Source: a virus (Duplodnaviria; Caudoviricetes). Taken from it: a DNA stretch of 64,000 bases. This document shows positions 53,337 to 61,883 of this stretch, in pieces (the stretch's first letter is position 1; each line of letters begins with the position of its first letter). The notes below the pieces were generated by a model that saw only the letters and a list, made by a program, of their open reading frames with translations, did no database searches and was not told the DNA's origin. Location: positions 2,074 through 66,073 of IMG/VR virus record IMGVR_UViG_3300033070_001454; one strand, written 5' to 3'. The position numbers were made by a program, and so were the translations under genes.

Positions 53337-54250
53337 TGGAACGAACGCTCGTTACCGGAGGTTCCGGGTTGGTGGGATCCCACCTCAGAAAGCTGATGCC
53401 GACCGCGGCTTTCGTGTCGAGCCGTGACTACAACCTCATGGACCAGTTCGACGTCGATCGCCTCATGATGCGAGGCTGGGATCGGGTAATCCACATGTCG
53501 GCAAGGGTTGGTGGGATAGTGGACAACCAATCGAACCAATTGGCCTATCTGGAGGAGAACATCCTCATGAACACCTACTTCCTGAGAAAGGCCAGGGAGC
53601 TTAGGATTCCAAGGCTCACTGGGATCCTCTCGTCGTGCATCTGTCCCACGAATTGGAACCGATATCCGATGATCGAGGAGGATCTCCTCATGGGCGAGCC
53701 CAATGAGTCGAACTACACCTATGCGATGGCCAAAAGGATCATGGCGAGGCAGATCGAACTGTCCAACCAATCTGGCCAAGACATCAAATGGAATTACTTG
53801 GTCCCATGCAACCTGTACGGTGAGGGAGACAAGTCAGACCCATCGAAGAGCCACTTCGTGACCGCCTTGCTCCATAAGATCAAGGATGCGGTCGCGCTAG
53901 GGAAGGACCACATCGAACTCCTGGGCGAAGGTTATGAGCAGAGGCAATTCATGCACGCCGGAGACCTGGCAAGGGTGATCAAGGAGGTCTGTGATCGTGA
54001 CATCCATGTCTCTTTCAACGTCGCTCCACCCGAGAACCTGACCATCCACAACATTGCGGATGTGGCATTGGAAGCTACCGGCAACACCCACCTTGGGATT
54101 CGGTTCCAAGGAGGATACGGAGGCGAGGTGAGGAAAGACATCAGCAACAAGAGGATGATGGCCCTGATCCCAGATTTCAAGTTCACAAGCCTGCGAGATG
54201 GGATGCGCTCAGTGTACTCCTCCATCGATCAAAAACCAGTCGAAGCATGA
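53333..54250 (+). CDS. fcl: GDP-L-fucose/GDP-L-colitose synthase (Fcl/ColC family epimerase-reductase)
   Basis: TGGSGLVG, ARVGGI, SSC, YAMAK (YxxxK), PCNLYG.GD, SHFV.AL, RQFMHA.DLA. Confidence 0.9.
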   Translation: MMERTLVTGGSGLVGSHLRKLMPTAAFVSSRDYNLMDQFDVDRLMMRGWDRVIHMSARVGGIVDNQSNQLAYLEENILMNTYFLRKARELRIPRLTGILSSCICPTNWNRYPMIEEDLLMGEPNESNYTYAMAKRIMARQIELSNQSGQDIKWNYLVPCNLYGEGDKSDPSKSHFVTALLHKIKDAVALGKDHIELLGEGYEQRQFMHAGDLARVIKEVCDRDIHVSFNVAPPENLTIHNIADVALEATGNTHLGIRFQGGYGGEVRKDISNKRMMALIPDFKFTSLRDGMRSVYSSIDQKPVEA

Positions 54251-55074
54251 TCACTGCAAGGCTAATGGGCGGGTTAGGCAACAACCTGTTCCAGATAGCG
54301 AACCTGATGGCTCGGTCGAAGGAGAGCGGGTACGTCGCTAAGGTGCTCCCTCACGTCGAAAGGTACCACTATGGGAAGCTCAATGGCTCAGTGGTCCTCG
54401 AAGTAGAAGACATCTTCGAGGACACCTCCTACATGACCAACGACCTGTCGAAGGAGAGGTTCGTCTACTATGGCCACCCTGACATGGGCGGTTATTTCGG
54501 CTACACGAAGCCTCCTGTGTTCGATGGGATACTCTACGATGGGTATTTTCAATCGCACAGGTATTTCGAATCGATAGACCACCGATCACTGTTCGCTATC
54601 AAGGGTTCTCTACAACAGCGTGTCAGGTCAGAGCACCGCCTCCAAAGGAACAGCGTCGCTGTCCATTGCCGGTTCGCCGGCGATCGGCTTAAGCCTGAGA
54701 CCCTGCCATACCATGGGGTGGTCTCGATGGGATTCTATAAGCAGGCGTTGGAACGGATCCAAGACATCCTCGAGGAGACGCTCAGTGTCTATGTCGTGAC
54801 CGACGATCCAGACGCTGGCAAGGTGGAGCGCATGTTCGCTGACATCTGTCCCACCGCTGAGATCTCTGTGGTGAACGGAGACATGCAATCGTCATTCGCC
54901 CTGATGGCGATGTGCTCACACAGTGTCCTTGGCAACTCGACGTACTCCTGGTGGGCGGCAATGATCAACCCTAACAACCCGATCGTGGTCGCCCCGAACA
55001 CTGAGTGGTTCGGTCCGTTGAACTCCCATATCCATAAGGGAGACCTATTCCCATCCGATTGGATACTGATCTGA
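54247..55074 (+). CDS. GT11 (alpha-1,2-fucosyl/colitosyltransferase family) glycosyltransferase
   Basis: GGLGNNLFQ, GYFQS..YF, VAVHCR..GD, C.H.VLGNSTYSWWAA. Confidence 0.88.
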   Translation: MITARLMGGLGNNLFQIANLMARSKESGYVAKVLPHVERYHYGKLNGSVVLEVEDIFEDTSYMTNDLSKERFVYYGHPDMGGYFGYTKPPVFDGILYDGYFQSHRYFESIDHRSLFAIKGSLQQRVRSEHRLQRNSVAVHCRFAGDRLKPETLPYHGVVSMGFYKQALERIQDILEETLSVYVVTDDPDAGKVERMFADICPTAEISVVNGDMQSSFALMAMCSHSVLGNSTYSWWAAMINPNNPIVVAPNTEWFGPLNSHIHKGDLFPSDWILI

Positions 55075-55105
55075 TCGTCGGACCCAAGCTGGGCATACGA
55101 TCGAC

Positions 55106-56329
55106 ATGTCTGAACCGAGAGTCGCACTGACCGTCGAGACCATCTCCAAGCAGGAGATCGATTCGCTGAGGGATTGGCTTGGCACCTACCCGAGGCTGAC
55201 GAAGGGCCAGGTCACGTTGGATTTCGAGAAGAAATGGTCCCAAACGGTTGGGATGCGCCACTCGACTTTCGTGAACTCCGGAAGCTCAGCGATCCTGCTA
55301 GTCCTATCGGCGATGATAGCCATGGGCAAGATCGACGTAGACGATGCGATCGTAGTTCCAGCCCTGAGTTGGCTGACCGATGTCTCGAGCCCAATGAACT
55401 TGGGCCTGAGGCCCATCCTTTGTGACGCTAACCGAGAGGACCTTTCATTGGACCTCGATAAGTTCGAACAGATAGTCGTGAAGGAGAGCCCAAAGGTGGC
55501 CATCGTGGTCTCTGTTCTGGGACTCAGCCCGAACATGGAGAGGCTCAAGCGCATCTGTGACCGGTATGGGGTCCTTTTGATCGAGGACGTGTGCGAGTCT
55601 CTTGGCACCGACTTCGATGGCGAGTGGCTGGGCACGTTCGGTTACGCTTCACTGTACTCGCTCTACTACGGGCACCACATATCCACCATCGAAGGCGGCA
55701 TGGTCTGCACCGACGATGCCGAGCTAGATGCCGTGGTGAGATCGATGCGATCGCATGGTTGGAACAGGGATTGGAGCCCAGAACGGGCCAAGAGGATGGA
55801 CGAGAAATGGCAGATCGACCCATTCCAATCCAAGTACACCTTCTTCTATCCGGGTTACAACCTCAGGGCAACCGACTTACAAGCCTTCATCGGGCTCAAA
55901 CAGGTCGATCGGATAGGAGAGATCTCAGAGAAGAGGCACGACAACTTCATCCTCTACGAGAGCCTGTTGGGCGACATCAACACCGGGATAGACCTGAGCG
56001 CAGCCATCAGACGCTCTAACCGGATCTCGAACTTCGCGTATCCTATCGTCTTCCACGACTCAAAGGAACGATCCTTCGCTGCCACGCTTCTCGATTACGC
56101 CGGGATAGAATCCAGGCCTCTCATCGCTGGATCAATGGCGAACCAGCCTTTCATGAAAAGGGCCCATGCCATCCAAGATTTCTCGAGCCCGTACTCCTTG
56201 GCAATGGCAAACTACGTCCACACATGTGGCATGTACCTTCCTAACAACCACACGATGGGCAAAGAGGAAATCGAATTCGTGGCAAGCGTGCTGGATCCGA
56301 TCCGGCAATCGCGCAAGAGGAACGCATAA
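55106..56329 (+). CDS. colD: ColD-type GDP-4-keto-6-deoxymannose 3-dehydratase (DegT/DnrJ family with His at the PLP-lysine position)
   Basis: FVNSGSSA, IEDVCESLG, SLYYGHHISTIEGG, RSHGW, GYNLR. Confidence 0.8.
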   Translation: MSEPRVALTVETISKQEIDSLRDWLGTYPRLTKGQVTLDFEKKWSQTVGMRHSTFVNSGSSAILLVLSAMIAMGKIDVDDAIVVPALSWLTDVSSPMNLGLRPILCDANREDLSLDLDKFEQIVVKESPKVAIVVSVLGLSPNMERLKRICDRYGVLLIEDVCESLGTDFDGEWLGTFGYASLYSLYYGHHISTIEGGMVCTDDAELDAVVRSMRSHGWNRDWSPERAKRMDEKWQIDPFQSKYTFFYPGYNLRATDLQAFIGLKQVDRIGEISEKRHDNFILYESLLGDINTGIDLSAAIRRSNRISNFAYPIVFHDSKERSFAATLLDYAGIESRPLIAGSMANQPFMKRAHAIQDFSSPYSLAMANYVHTCGMYLPNNHTMGKEEIEFVASVLDPIRQSRKRNA

Positions 56330-56355
56330 GAGACCATCCAAACAAAGGAAACGAG

Positions 56356-56940
56356 ATGTCAGAGACAAAGACCAAGAAGGTGAAAGCGGCCGACGTGCCA
56401 GCGGCCCAAGTAGTGCCAGTTTCTGGCGCAAACATCCAAGCGCCGACCGGCCAACGGACAGTCGATGCGGCCAAGGTCGCCGAGCTGGAAGTCAAATGGG
56501 ACCAGATCAGCGATAAGCTCAGCAAAAGCATCTACGTCGCGACGATGAGCAGGGAGCTAGCGTTGCACTTCAGGGACGTGGTGGTCGAAAGCTTCTCGTG
56601 GAAAGGCCCACAGTGCTTGATCGTCGAGAAGATCTTCGAGAAACTCGACGCTTGCATCGATGGCCAAACGACGCCCGAGATCTCCATCGACTTCGACCAC
56701 GATCTGCTCGAGGTGCTGACGGTCCTGATCAACAGCTACGTTTCGCACGGGAAGACGAACACGATCTCGTTCAGCAAGATCACCGAAATCCTGTCGGTGC
56801 CGGTTCAGGAACTGCAGAACAACCGCAAGGCTCTCCGTGAGGTCTCGATGGAACTCGAGGCTGCAAGGCAGGGCATGTCCCTCGAGGACTTCATCCTCAA
56901 GATGCAGGAAGCGCAACGCCAACAGTCCCAACACCAATGA
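56356..56940 (+). CDS. Hypothetical helical protein
   Basis: 194-aa ORF after an A-rich leader. Confidence 0.65.
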   Translation: MSETKTKKVKAADVPAAQVVPVSGANIQAPTGQRTVDAAKVAELEVKWDQISDKLSKSIYVATMSRELALHFRDVVVESFSWKGPQCLIVEKIFEKLDACIDGQTTPEISIDFDHDLLEVLTVLINSYVSHGKTNTISFSKITEILSVPVQELQNNRKALREVSMELEAARQGMSLEDFILKMQEAQRQQSQHQ

Positions 56941-57254
56941 ACCCAACATTGCAACCGAAGCTGACGATGGGTGGATTGGCGCTTGTGCTCGTCCTCTGCC
57001 TGATGCAGACCTGCAACTCCTGCAGCACATCCACTCAGCTCTCGAAGATGACCAAGAGGATCGATGCCCTCGATTCCACTACATCGACCAAGGCATCTGT
57101 CTCCGAGACCGAAAAGATCATCAAGCTCGAAGGGCTTCGGATCTCGAAGCGCAACCTCTACGATCAGAACGCGATTGTCAGGACAGCCATCAGGCCAGAC
57201 GATCGGATGAACGAGTACGACGCTGAGATCGATTCGATCCAACGGAATAGATAA
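56937..57254 (+). CDS. Membrane-anchored coiled-coil protein (possible spanin-like lysis protein)
   Basis: N-terminal hydrophobic helix with Cys residues, then a coiled coil; function inferred only. Confidence 0.5.
   Translation: MNPTLQPKLTMGGLALVLVLCLMQTCNSCSTSTQLSKMTKRIDALDSTTSTKASVSETEKIIKLEGLRISKRNLYDQNAIVRTAIRPDDRMNEYDAEIDSIQRNR
57246..57253 (+). promoter_or_regulatory. Putative late promoter (AATAGATA)
   Basis: Overlaps the end of the upstream ORF; no ORF follows before the terminator. Confidence 0.5.
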
Positions 57255-57310
57255 GGACCTTCCGAAGCCTAGCAACTTCGTGCTGCTCCGGCGAGTTCCT
57301 CTCCGGACCC

Positions 57311-57344
57311 AGGGCCGGCCAGAAATGGTCGGCCCTATTTGTTT
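57311..57344 (+). terminator. Intrinsic terminator
   Basis: AGGGCCGGCCA-GAAA-TGGTCGGCCCT: 11-bp stem followed by ATTTGTTT. Confidence 0.85.
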
Positions 57345-57396
57345 GACAGTAGTTAAGTCACTGAAGTAGAAATTTCGGAGATCGAGGAATAGCACT

Positions 57397-58248
57397 CTAT
57401 TTCTTGGCCGATCGAGTCCGCATTTGTTTGGCTCGAAGAGATCGAAGCTTACTGAGGACTCCTTGTTCAAGTTTAGGTTCTGTTGGATGGAGCTTGACAA
57501 TCTGATGACAGATCCAAATGAATGAGCTCAGATCAAGATCCCATTTGATCTGGTTGATGAATTTGTGGACCCACTGGACATTGTCTTTAGTGTAACCCTT
57601 GTTCGAGTCGATTCTGTCGATAGAAGCAGTTGATTTGCCTTTGGAGAATCCTCCACAGCTATCTGAGACCGAGATCGTAAGTCCTGAGATAGCACATTTG
57701 CTCTGTTGTTGCTCGAAGAGTTCTCGCATGAACTTTTCATCGATGTCAAATTCCCTTTTGTGTTTCTTGGCTCTGGCCCAAGCCCCATCGATGTGCTTGT
57801 GAAATGCATCCTTCTTCCGTGGATCAATCCGGCATGATTTGCAACCACCTTTGACGATGATAGCAAAATCTCGGCCACTGAACAGCTTCTCGAATCCACA
57901 TTCACATCGAGTTCTCCATTTCAATCTTCTGGTACCGTTATCGAATCGAAGAAATTCACGGCCAACCACTTCCCATTTGCCAAATTTCTGGCCTGTGAGA
58001 TCAGGAGCATTCTTGTGCAACTGATCATCGGGCAATTTCTTGCTACAGGATCGGCATGTTTGTCCGCTATGGTTTCCAAACACGGCGCCACAGCTATCCC
58101 ATTTCTCTTTACCGCATTTACAGCGATACAAAGCCTTACGCTTCGTGACTCTGACCTCGACTACTGTCCAGGTTCCATAGACTTGTCCTACCATAGGAAC
58201 TTTGACTCGTCTATTCGTCTTAGGGTTGAGAATGTGTTGGTGATTCAT
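57397..58248 (-). CDS. HNH-type homing endonuclease with duplicated N-terminal Cys-containing DNA-binding modules
   Basis: Two G-Q-x-F/Y-G-x-W-x-V...C-x-CG...C-x-x-C modules; C-terminal CAISG...SIDRIDSNKGYTKDNVQWV..IN..K; start placed at ATG 58248. Confidence 0.8.
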   Translation of the reverse strand: MNHQHILNPKTNRRVKVPMVGQVYGTWTVVEVRVTKRKALYRCKCGKEKWDSCGAVFGNHSGQTCRSCSKKLPDDQLHKNAPDLTGQKFGKWEVVGREFLRFDNGTRRLKWRTRCECGFEKLFSGRDFAIIVKGGCKSCRIDPRKKDAFHKHIDGAWARAKKHKREFDIDEKFMRELFEQQQSKCAISGLTISVSDSCGGFSKGKSTASIDRIDSNKGYTKDNVQWVHKFINQIKWDLDLSSFIWICHQIVKLHPTEPKLEQGVLSKLRSLRAKQMRTRSAKK

Positions 58249-58253
58249 CATGC

Positions 58254-58260
58254 TATATAT
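58254..58260 (-). promoter_or_regulatory. Putative late promoter (ATATATA, minus strand)
   Basis: ATANATA 5 nt before ATG 58248. Confidence 0.55.
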
Positions 58261-58311
58261 GCGATAGAATCTGTTAAACTTCAAACAGCAAGAAGGCTTC
58301 GATCCGATTAC

Positions 58312-58319
58312 TATACATA
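58312..58319 (+). promoter_or_regulatory. Putative late promoter (TATACATA)
   Basis: 18 nt before ATG 58338. Confidence 0.65.
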
Positions 58320-58337
58320 GCCAAACAGCAACTACCA

Positions 58338-59240
58338 ATGCCACATCCAAAGCTTTTCTTAGAGGGAGTTTGCGTCTGTGTAAACTACGGCGACTTCCTC
58401 GCGGAGACCCTCTCGGCGAATAAGACCCAGTTTAACCGGCTGGTAGTCGTGACGGACACCAATGACAAATGGACCAAGACGGTGTGCGAGTACCACCATG
58501 TCAAGTGCGTGCAGACGGATGTCTTCTACGAGAACGGCGACACGTTCAACAAGGGAAAGGGGATCAACGAGGGCCTGAAGCACCTCACGAACGAGGGATG
58601 GGTAGTCCAGCTCGACGCGGACATCTACCTTCCTCCAATGACCAGGGCAATCCTTGAGAAGATCGAACTCGATCCACAGACCATCTACTCGATGGACAGG
58701 CTTATGTGTCCAAGTTACCCTGAGTGGAGGCGTTACATGAGCAAACCAAAGCCAATCCATGAGGCCCACATCTACGTACACCCCGAAATCGGTGGATCTA
58801 AGCCGTGGCCGATCGGCGTCAGGATAGCCGAGTACATGAACAAGGGGTATGAGCCTATCGGTTACTTCCAAATGTGGAACCCTTTGCACTCTGGAGTCCA
58901 CCAATACCCAATCGAACACGGCAAGGCCGATAGGACGGATGTCATTCACGCCAAGAAGTTCTCCAGGATCAAACGACAGCTCCTGCCTGAATTGATCTGC
59001 ATCCACCTCGATTCGGAAGGCCTGAAGACCAACCAGATGGGTAAGAACTGGAACGGACGAAAGACTCTGCCATTCACAATCGATTATCTGATGGGCACCC
59101 AAGGTTACGGTCCATCTTGCTGGGTCCTCTTCTGGATGTACATTTGCGGCTGGTTCAGTCACCTCTGGTGGAGGCTCTTCGGTTGGACTGGCCTGGTAGA
59201 ACGCCCAGAGCCGCACCAGCCTGATCCGGAGCAGTGCTGA
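58338..59240 (+). CDS. GT-A-fold (GT2-like) glycosyltransferase with a Trp-rich C-terminal tail
   Basis: VCVNYGDFL, VVVTD..D, FNKGKGIN.GL, QLDADI (DxD). Confidence 0.75.
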   Translation: MPHPKLFLEGVCVCVNYGDFLAETLSANKTQFNRLVVVTDTNDKWTKTVCEYHHVKCVQTDVFYENGDTFNKGKGINEGLKHLTNEGWVVQLDADIYLPPMTRAILEKIELDPQTIYSMDRLMCPSYPEWRRYMSKPKPIHEAHIYVHPEIGGSKPWPIGVRIAEYMNKGYEPIGYFQMWNPLHSGVHQYPIEHGKADRTDVIHAKKFSRIKRQLLPELICIHLDSEGLKTNQMGKNWNGRKTLPFTIDYLMGTQGYGPSCWVLFWMYICGWFSHLWWRLFGWTGLVERPEPHQPDPEQC

Positions 59241-59261
59241 TCCTTGCGCATAAGATGCGCG

Positions 59262-60353
59262 ATGATCACATTCAACAACGTCCAAGCCAATAACAACGGG
59301 ATCGCTGGAATCTCTATTGGTGGAAATCTGTCTCCGCAACCCACATCTACTATCGATAGCCAATACTGTCGGTTATTGATGACCATCATGAATGAGGGCC
59401 GCCAGAAGGGAGACCGAACTGGCACCGGCACAGTGGCCACTTTCGGCCACATGCTCAAGGTGAACGCCGATCCAGATAAGTTCCCTATCCTGTTGGGCAA
59501 GAAGATGTTCTTCAGGGGCATTGTGGAGGAACTGCTCTGGTTCATCAGCGGTGGCACCAACATCAGGCCTCTCGTCCAGAAGGGCATCCACATCTGGGAC
59601 GGCGACGCCTACAAGAAGTATGTCAAAGACACATCCGGGTATAACTTTCAATCCGATCTGGTTGGGCTCTCCATGGAGCAATTCGTCGAGAAGATCAGGG
59701 ACGATGAGGCGTTCGCGAACCGGTTCGGCGACCTCGGTCCAGTCTACGGCAAACAGTGGCGGGATTGGGAGGACACAGACGCCCATGGGACCGGCCACTT
59801 CGACCAGTTCAGCGATGCTATCGAGACCCTGAGGAAGAACCCAGACTCGAGGCGTATCATCGTGAACTCATGGAACCCGGCCCTCATCGCTGAGATGACG
59901 CTGCCGCCGTGCCACTACTCCTACCAGTTCCAGACCGAGGAACTCACCGAGATGGAGAGGCGAGCGATCTGGGAGGCCAAGCTGACGGAGCGCAAGGAGA
60001 TGCCGAGCGATTGGCCGACTCGGAGACTCAACCTCGCGATGAGCCAACGGTCTGCCGACACGTTCCTTGGGGTACCGTTCAACATCACCTCGTACGCGTT
60101 GCTCCTCAACCTGGTGGCCCGCGAGGTGAACATGGTCCCTGGCGAGCTCACCATCTTCTTCGGCGACCTGCACCTCTACAACAACCACCTTGAGCTGGCG
60201 AAGGAGTTCCTTTCACGTGACACTTCGTCGCTCCGGTATCCCAAGCTCAAGATCAAGCCAGGCTCTGGAATCTTCGATCTCCGATCTGAGGACATCAAAC
60301 TCGAGGGCTATGACGCCCTACCAAACTGGAAGGATGTCCCACTCTCGAACTGA
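59262..60353 (+). CDS. thyA: Thymidylate synthase
   Basis: DRTGTGT, ELLWFISG, IW, LGPVYG.QWR, SRRII, PPCH, QRSAD.FLGVPFN, GDLHLY.NH. Confidence 0.96.
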   Translation: MITFNNVQANNNGIAGISIGGNLSPQPTSTIDSQYCRLLMTIMNEGRQKGDRTGTGTVATFGHMLKVNADPDKFPILLGKKMFFRGIVEELLWFISGGTNIRPLVQKGIHIWDGDAYKKYVKDTSGYNFQSDLVGLSMEQFVEKIRDDEAFANRFGDLGPVYGKQWRDWEDTDAHGTGHFDQFSDAIETLRKNPDSRRIIVNSWNPALIAEMTLPPCHYSYQFQTEELTEMERRAIWEAKLTERKEMPSDWPTRRLNLAMSQRSADTFLGVPFNITSYALLLNLVAREVNMVPGELTIFFGDLHLYNNHLELAKEFLSRDTSSLRYPKLKIKPGSGIFDLRSEDIKLEGYDALPNWKDVPLSN

Positions 60354-60509
60354 TTTTTGGAGCTGGTTCAGGTGCCAGCCGAGCGAAAGGCTCAGGCCAC
60401 TCATGCGAGGGTATCCTACATCTACCCAACCGAACCCAAGGCTGTTGAGGGCCTATCGCTTCGACGTGCTCCTCGATAAGTGGCCACTCATCAAACCGAT
60501 CAACGGATC

Positions 60510-61025
60510 ATGGCTATAGAAGTAAAACCGGATGGCCAAAAGTCGGGCCTCAAGAACCCAATCAAGCTCTTCCTCGCCGGATCTATCGAACAGGGCAAAG
60601 CCACACTCTGGCATTCGAAGGTGATGGATGCCATAGCTGGGTTCGACGACTTCATCGTCTTCAACCCAAGGCGAGACAACTGGAACCCGGATTGGGAGCA
60701 GAGCATACAGAACCCGGAGTTCGTGGCCCAAGTGAATTGGGAGCTCGACAGGATCGAAGCGTCCGACGTCGTGTTCTTCTACTTCGAGCCAGGCACAATG
60801 TCGCCGATCTCCCTGTTGGAGCTTGGTCTGTGTCTGAAAGGTAAAGCTGGCATCCAGGTTGTGATCTGTTGCCCGAAGGAGTTTTGGCGATCTGGTAATG
60901 TCGAATTGACAGCCAAAAAGTTCGGGCATGGGTATTGGTTCTCGGCTAGCCTGGACACCGCAATTGAAGACCTGGTTGAGCTGTTGTCAGGCCTCTCGAT
61001 TCCGCCTAGGAGCCCGATTGGCTAG
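60510..61025 (+). CDS. Nucleoside 2-deoxyribosyltransferase-like protein
   Basis: LFLAGSI, NPRR..W, QVNWELD..E.SDV..FYF...T.SPISLLELG. Confidence 0.8.
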   Translation: MAIEVKPDGQKSGLKNPIKLFLAGSIEQGKATLWHSKVMDAIAGFDDFIVFNPRRDNWNPDWEQSIQNPEFVAQVNWELDRIEASDVVFFYFEPGTMSPISLLELGLCLKGKAGIQVVICCPKEFWRSGNVELTAKKFGHGYWFSASLDTAIEDLVELLSGLSIPPRSPIG

Positions 61026-61031
61026 CTCTAG

Positions 61032-61039
61032 AATACATA
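61032..61039 (+). promoter_or_regulatory. Putative late promoter (AATACATA)
   Basis: 7 nt before ATG 61047. Confidence 0.65.
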
Positions 61040-61046
61040 GAGTAGA

Positions 61047-61883
61047 ATGGAATCGTTCTACTATGTGTATTTTCATCTGAAACCCAAGTCTGAGGAGGTT
61101 TACTATGTTGGAGTTGGACATGGTAATCGCGCCTATTCAGTAAAGCCAGCCAGAAATCCATTCTGGAAAGCCGTCTATGACAAACACGGCATCGATGTAG
61201 TCATCATGCATGATGATTTGTCCTTATCAGAGGCATTTCAGCTCGAACGAGCCTACATCATTTCGATCGGAAGACGTGACTTAGGGACTGGCACGCTTAC
61301 CAACTTGACGGATGGCGGAGATGGGCTCACGAATCCTAGCCTTAAAACCAGGACGAAGATGTCAGAGAAAGCCAGCATCAGTGGAATTCGACGTTTCCAG
61401 AATCCAATCGAAAGGGAAAGGGCCAGTGCGAACATGGCTAAAATGTGGAATCGATTGAGTCCGGAAGAAAGAGAAGATCGGATTCGTCGAGTCCAAGCCT
61501 CATTCACTCCGGAAGTATGTGCCAAAATCGTTGAGAAGATCAAGCTTCATTACTCTAATCCCATGAATCGTGAAGCTCACTCTGTTCGAATGAAACGCAG
61601 TTGGGATGGCAATTCAAACAGAAAGGCTGCGCTTGCTGATAGGAGCACAAAATATTGGACTCCTGAGCACCGAAAGGAACAGTCCGAAAAGATCATCAAG
61701 TTCTATTCCGACGAAGAAAACAGAAAGATGATCTCTGAGCATACCAAAACTCAGTGGCAGAATCCGGAAGTCCGAAAGAAAAGGTCTGATGGCATTCGAA
61801 AGAGATGGACTGATCCGGAATATCGCCGCAAACAATCTGAACGACAGAAGGCTTACTGGAAAAAGAAAAGATCGACGCAATGA
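61047..61883 (+). CDS. GIY-YIG homing endonuclease with a basic helical repeat tail
   Basis: YVYFH...YYVGVG..RA, GRRDLGTGTLTNLTDGGDG; repeated W/Y..PE.R..K.S. Confidence 0.85.
   Translation: MESFYYVYFHLKPKSEEVYYVGVGHGNRAYSVKPARNPFWKAVYDKHGIDVVIMHDDLSLSEAFQLERAYIISIGRRDLGTGTLTNLTDGGDGLTNPSLKTRTKMSEKASISGIRRFQNPIERERASANMAKMWNRLSPEEREDRIRRVQASFTPEVCAKIVEKIKLHYSNPMNREAHSVRMKRSWDGNSNRKAALADRSTKYWTPEHRKEQSEKIIKFYSDEENRKMISEHTKTQWQNPEVRKKRSDGIRKRWTDPEYRRKQSERQKAYWKKKRSTQ

Noticed and set aside
55106-56329. Perosamine synthase-type aminotransferase or E1/AscC dehydratase
   Set aside because: The PLP-lysine position is His, and no Cys-rich Fe-S motif of E1 is evident; ColD fits better
59262-60353. 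ThyA as a dCMP/dUMP hydroxymethylase
   Set aside because: It retains canonical RSAD.FLGVPFN with Asn; nothing indicates altered specificity
60354-60509. Structured RNA or 38-aa ORF between thyA and the NDT-like gene (short hairpins; GGCCACTCAT twice)
   Set aside because: Helices are only 4-5 bp and there is no promoter motif; evidence is too weak
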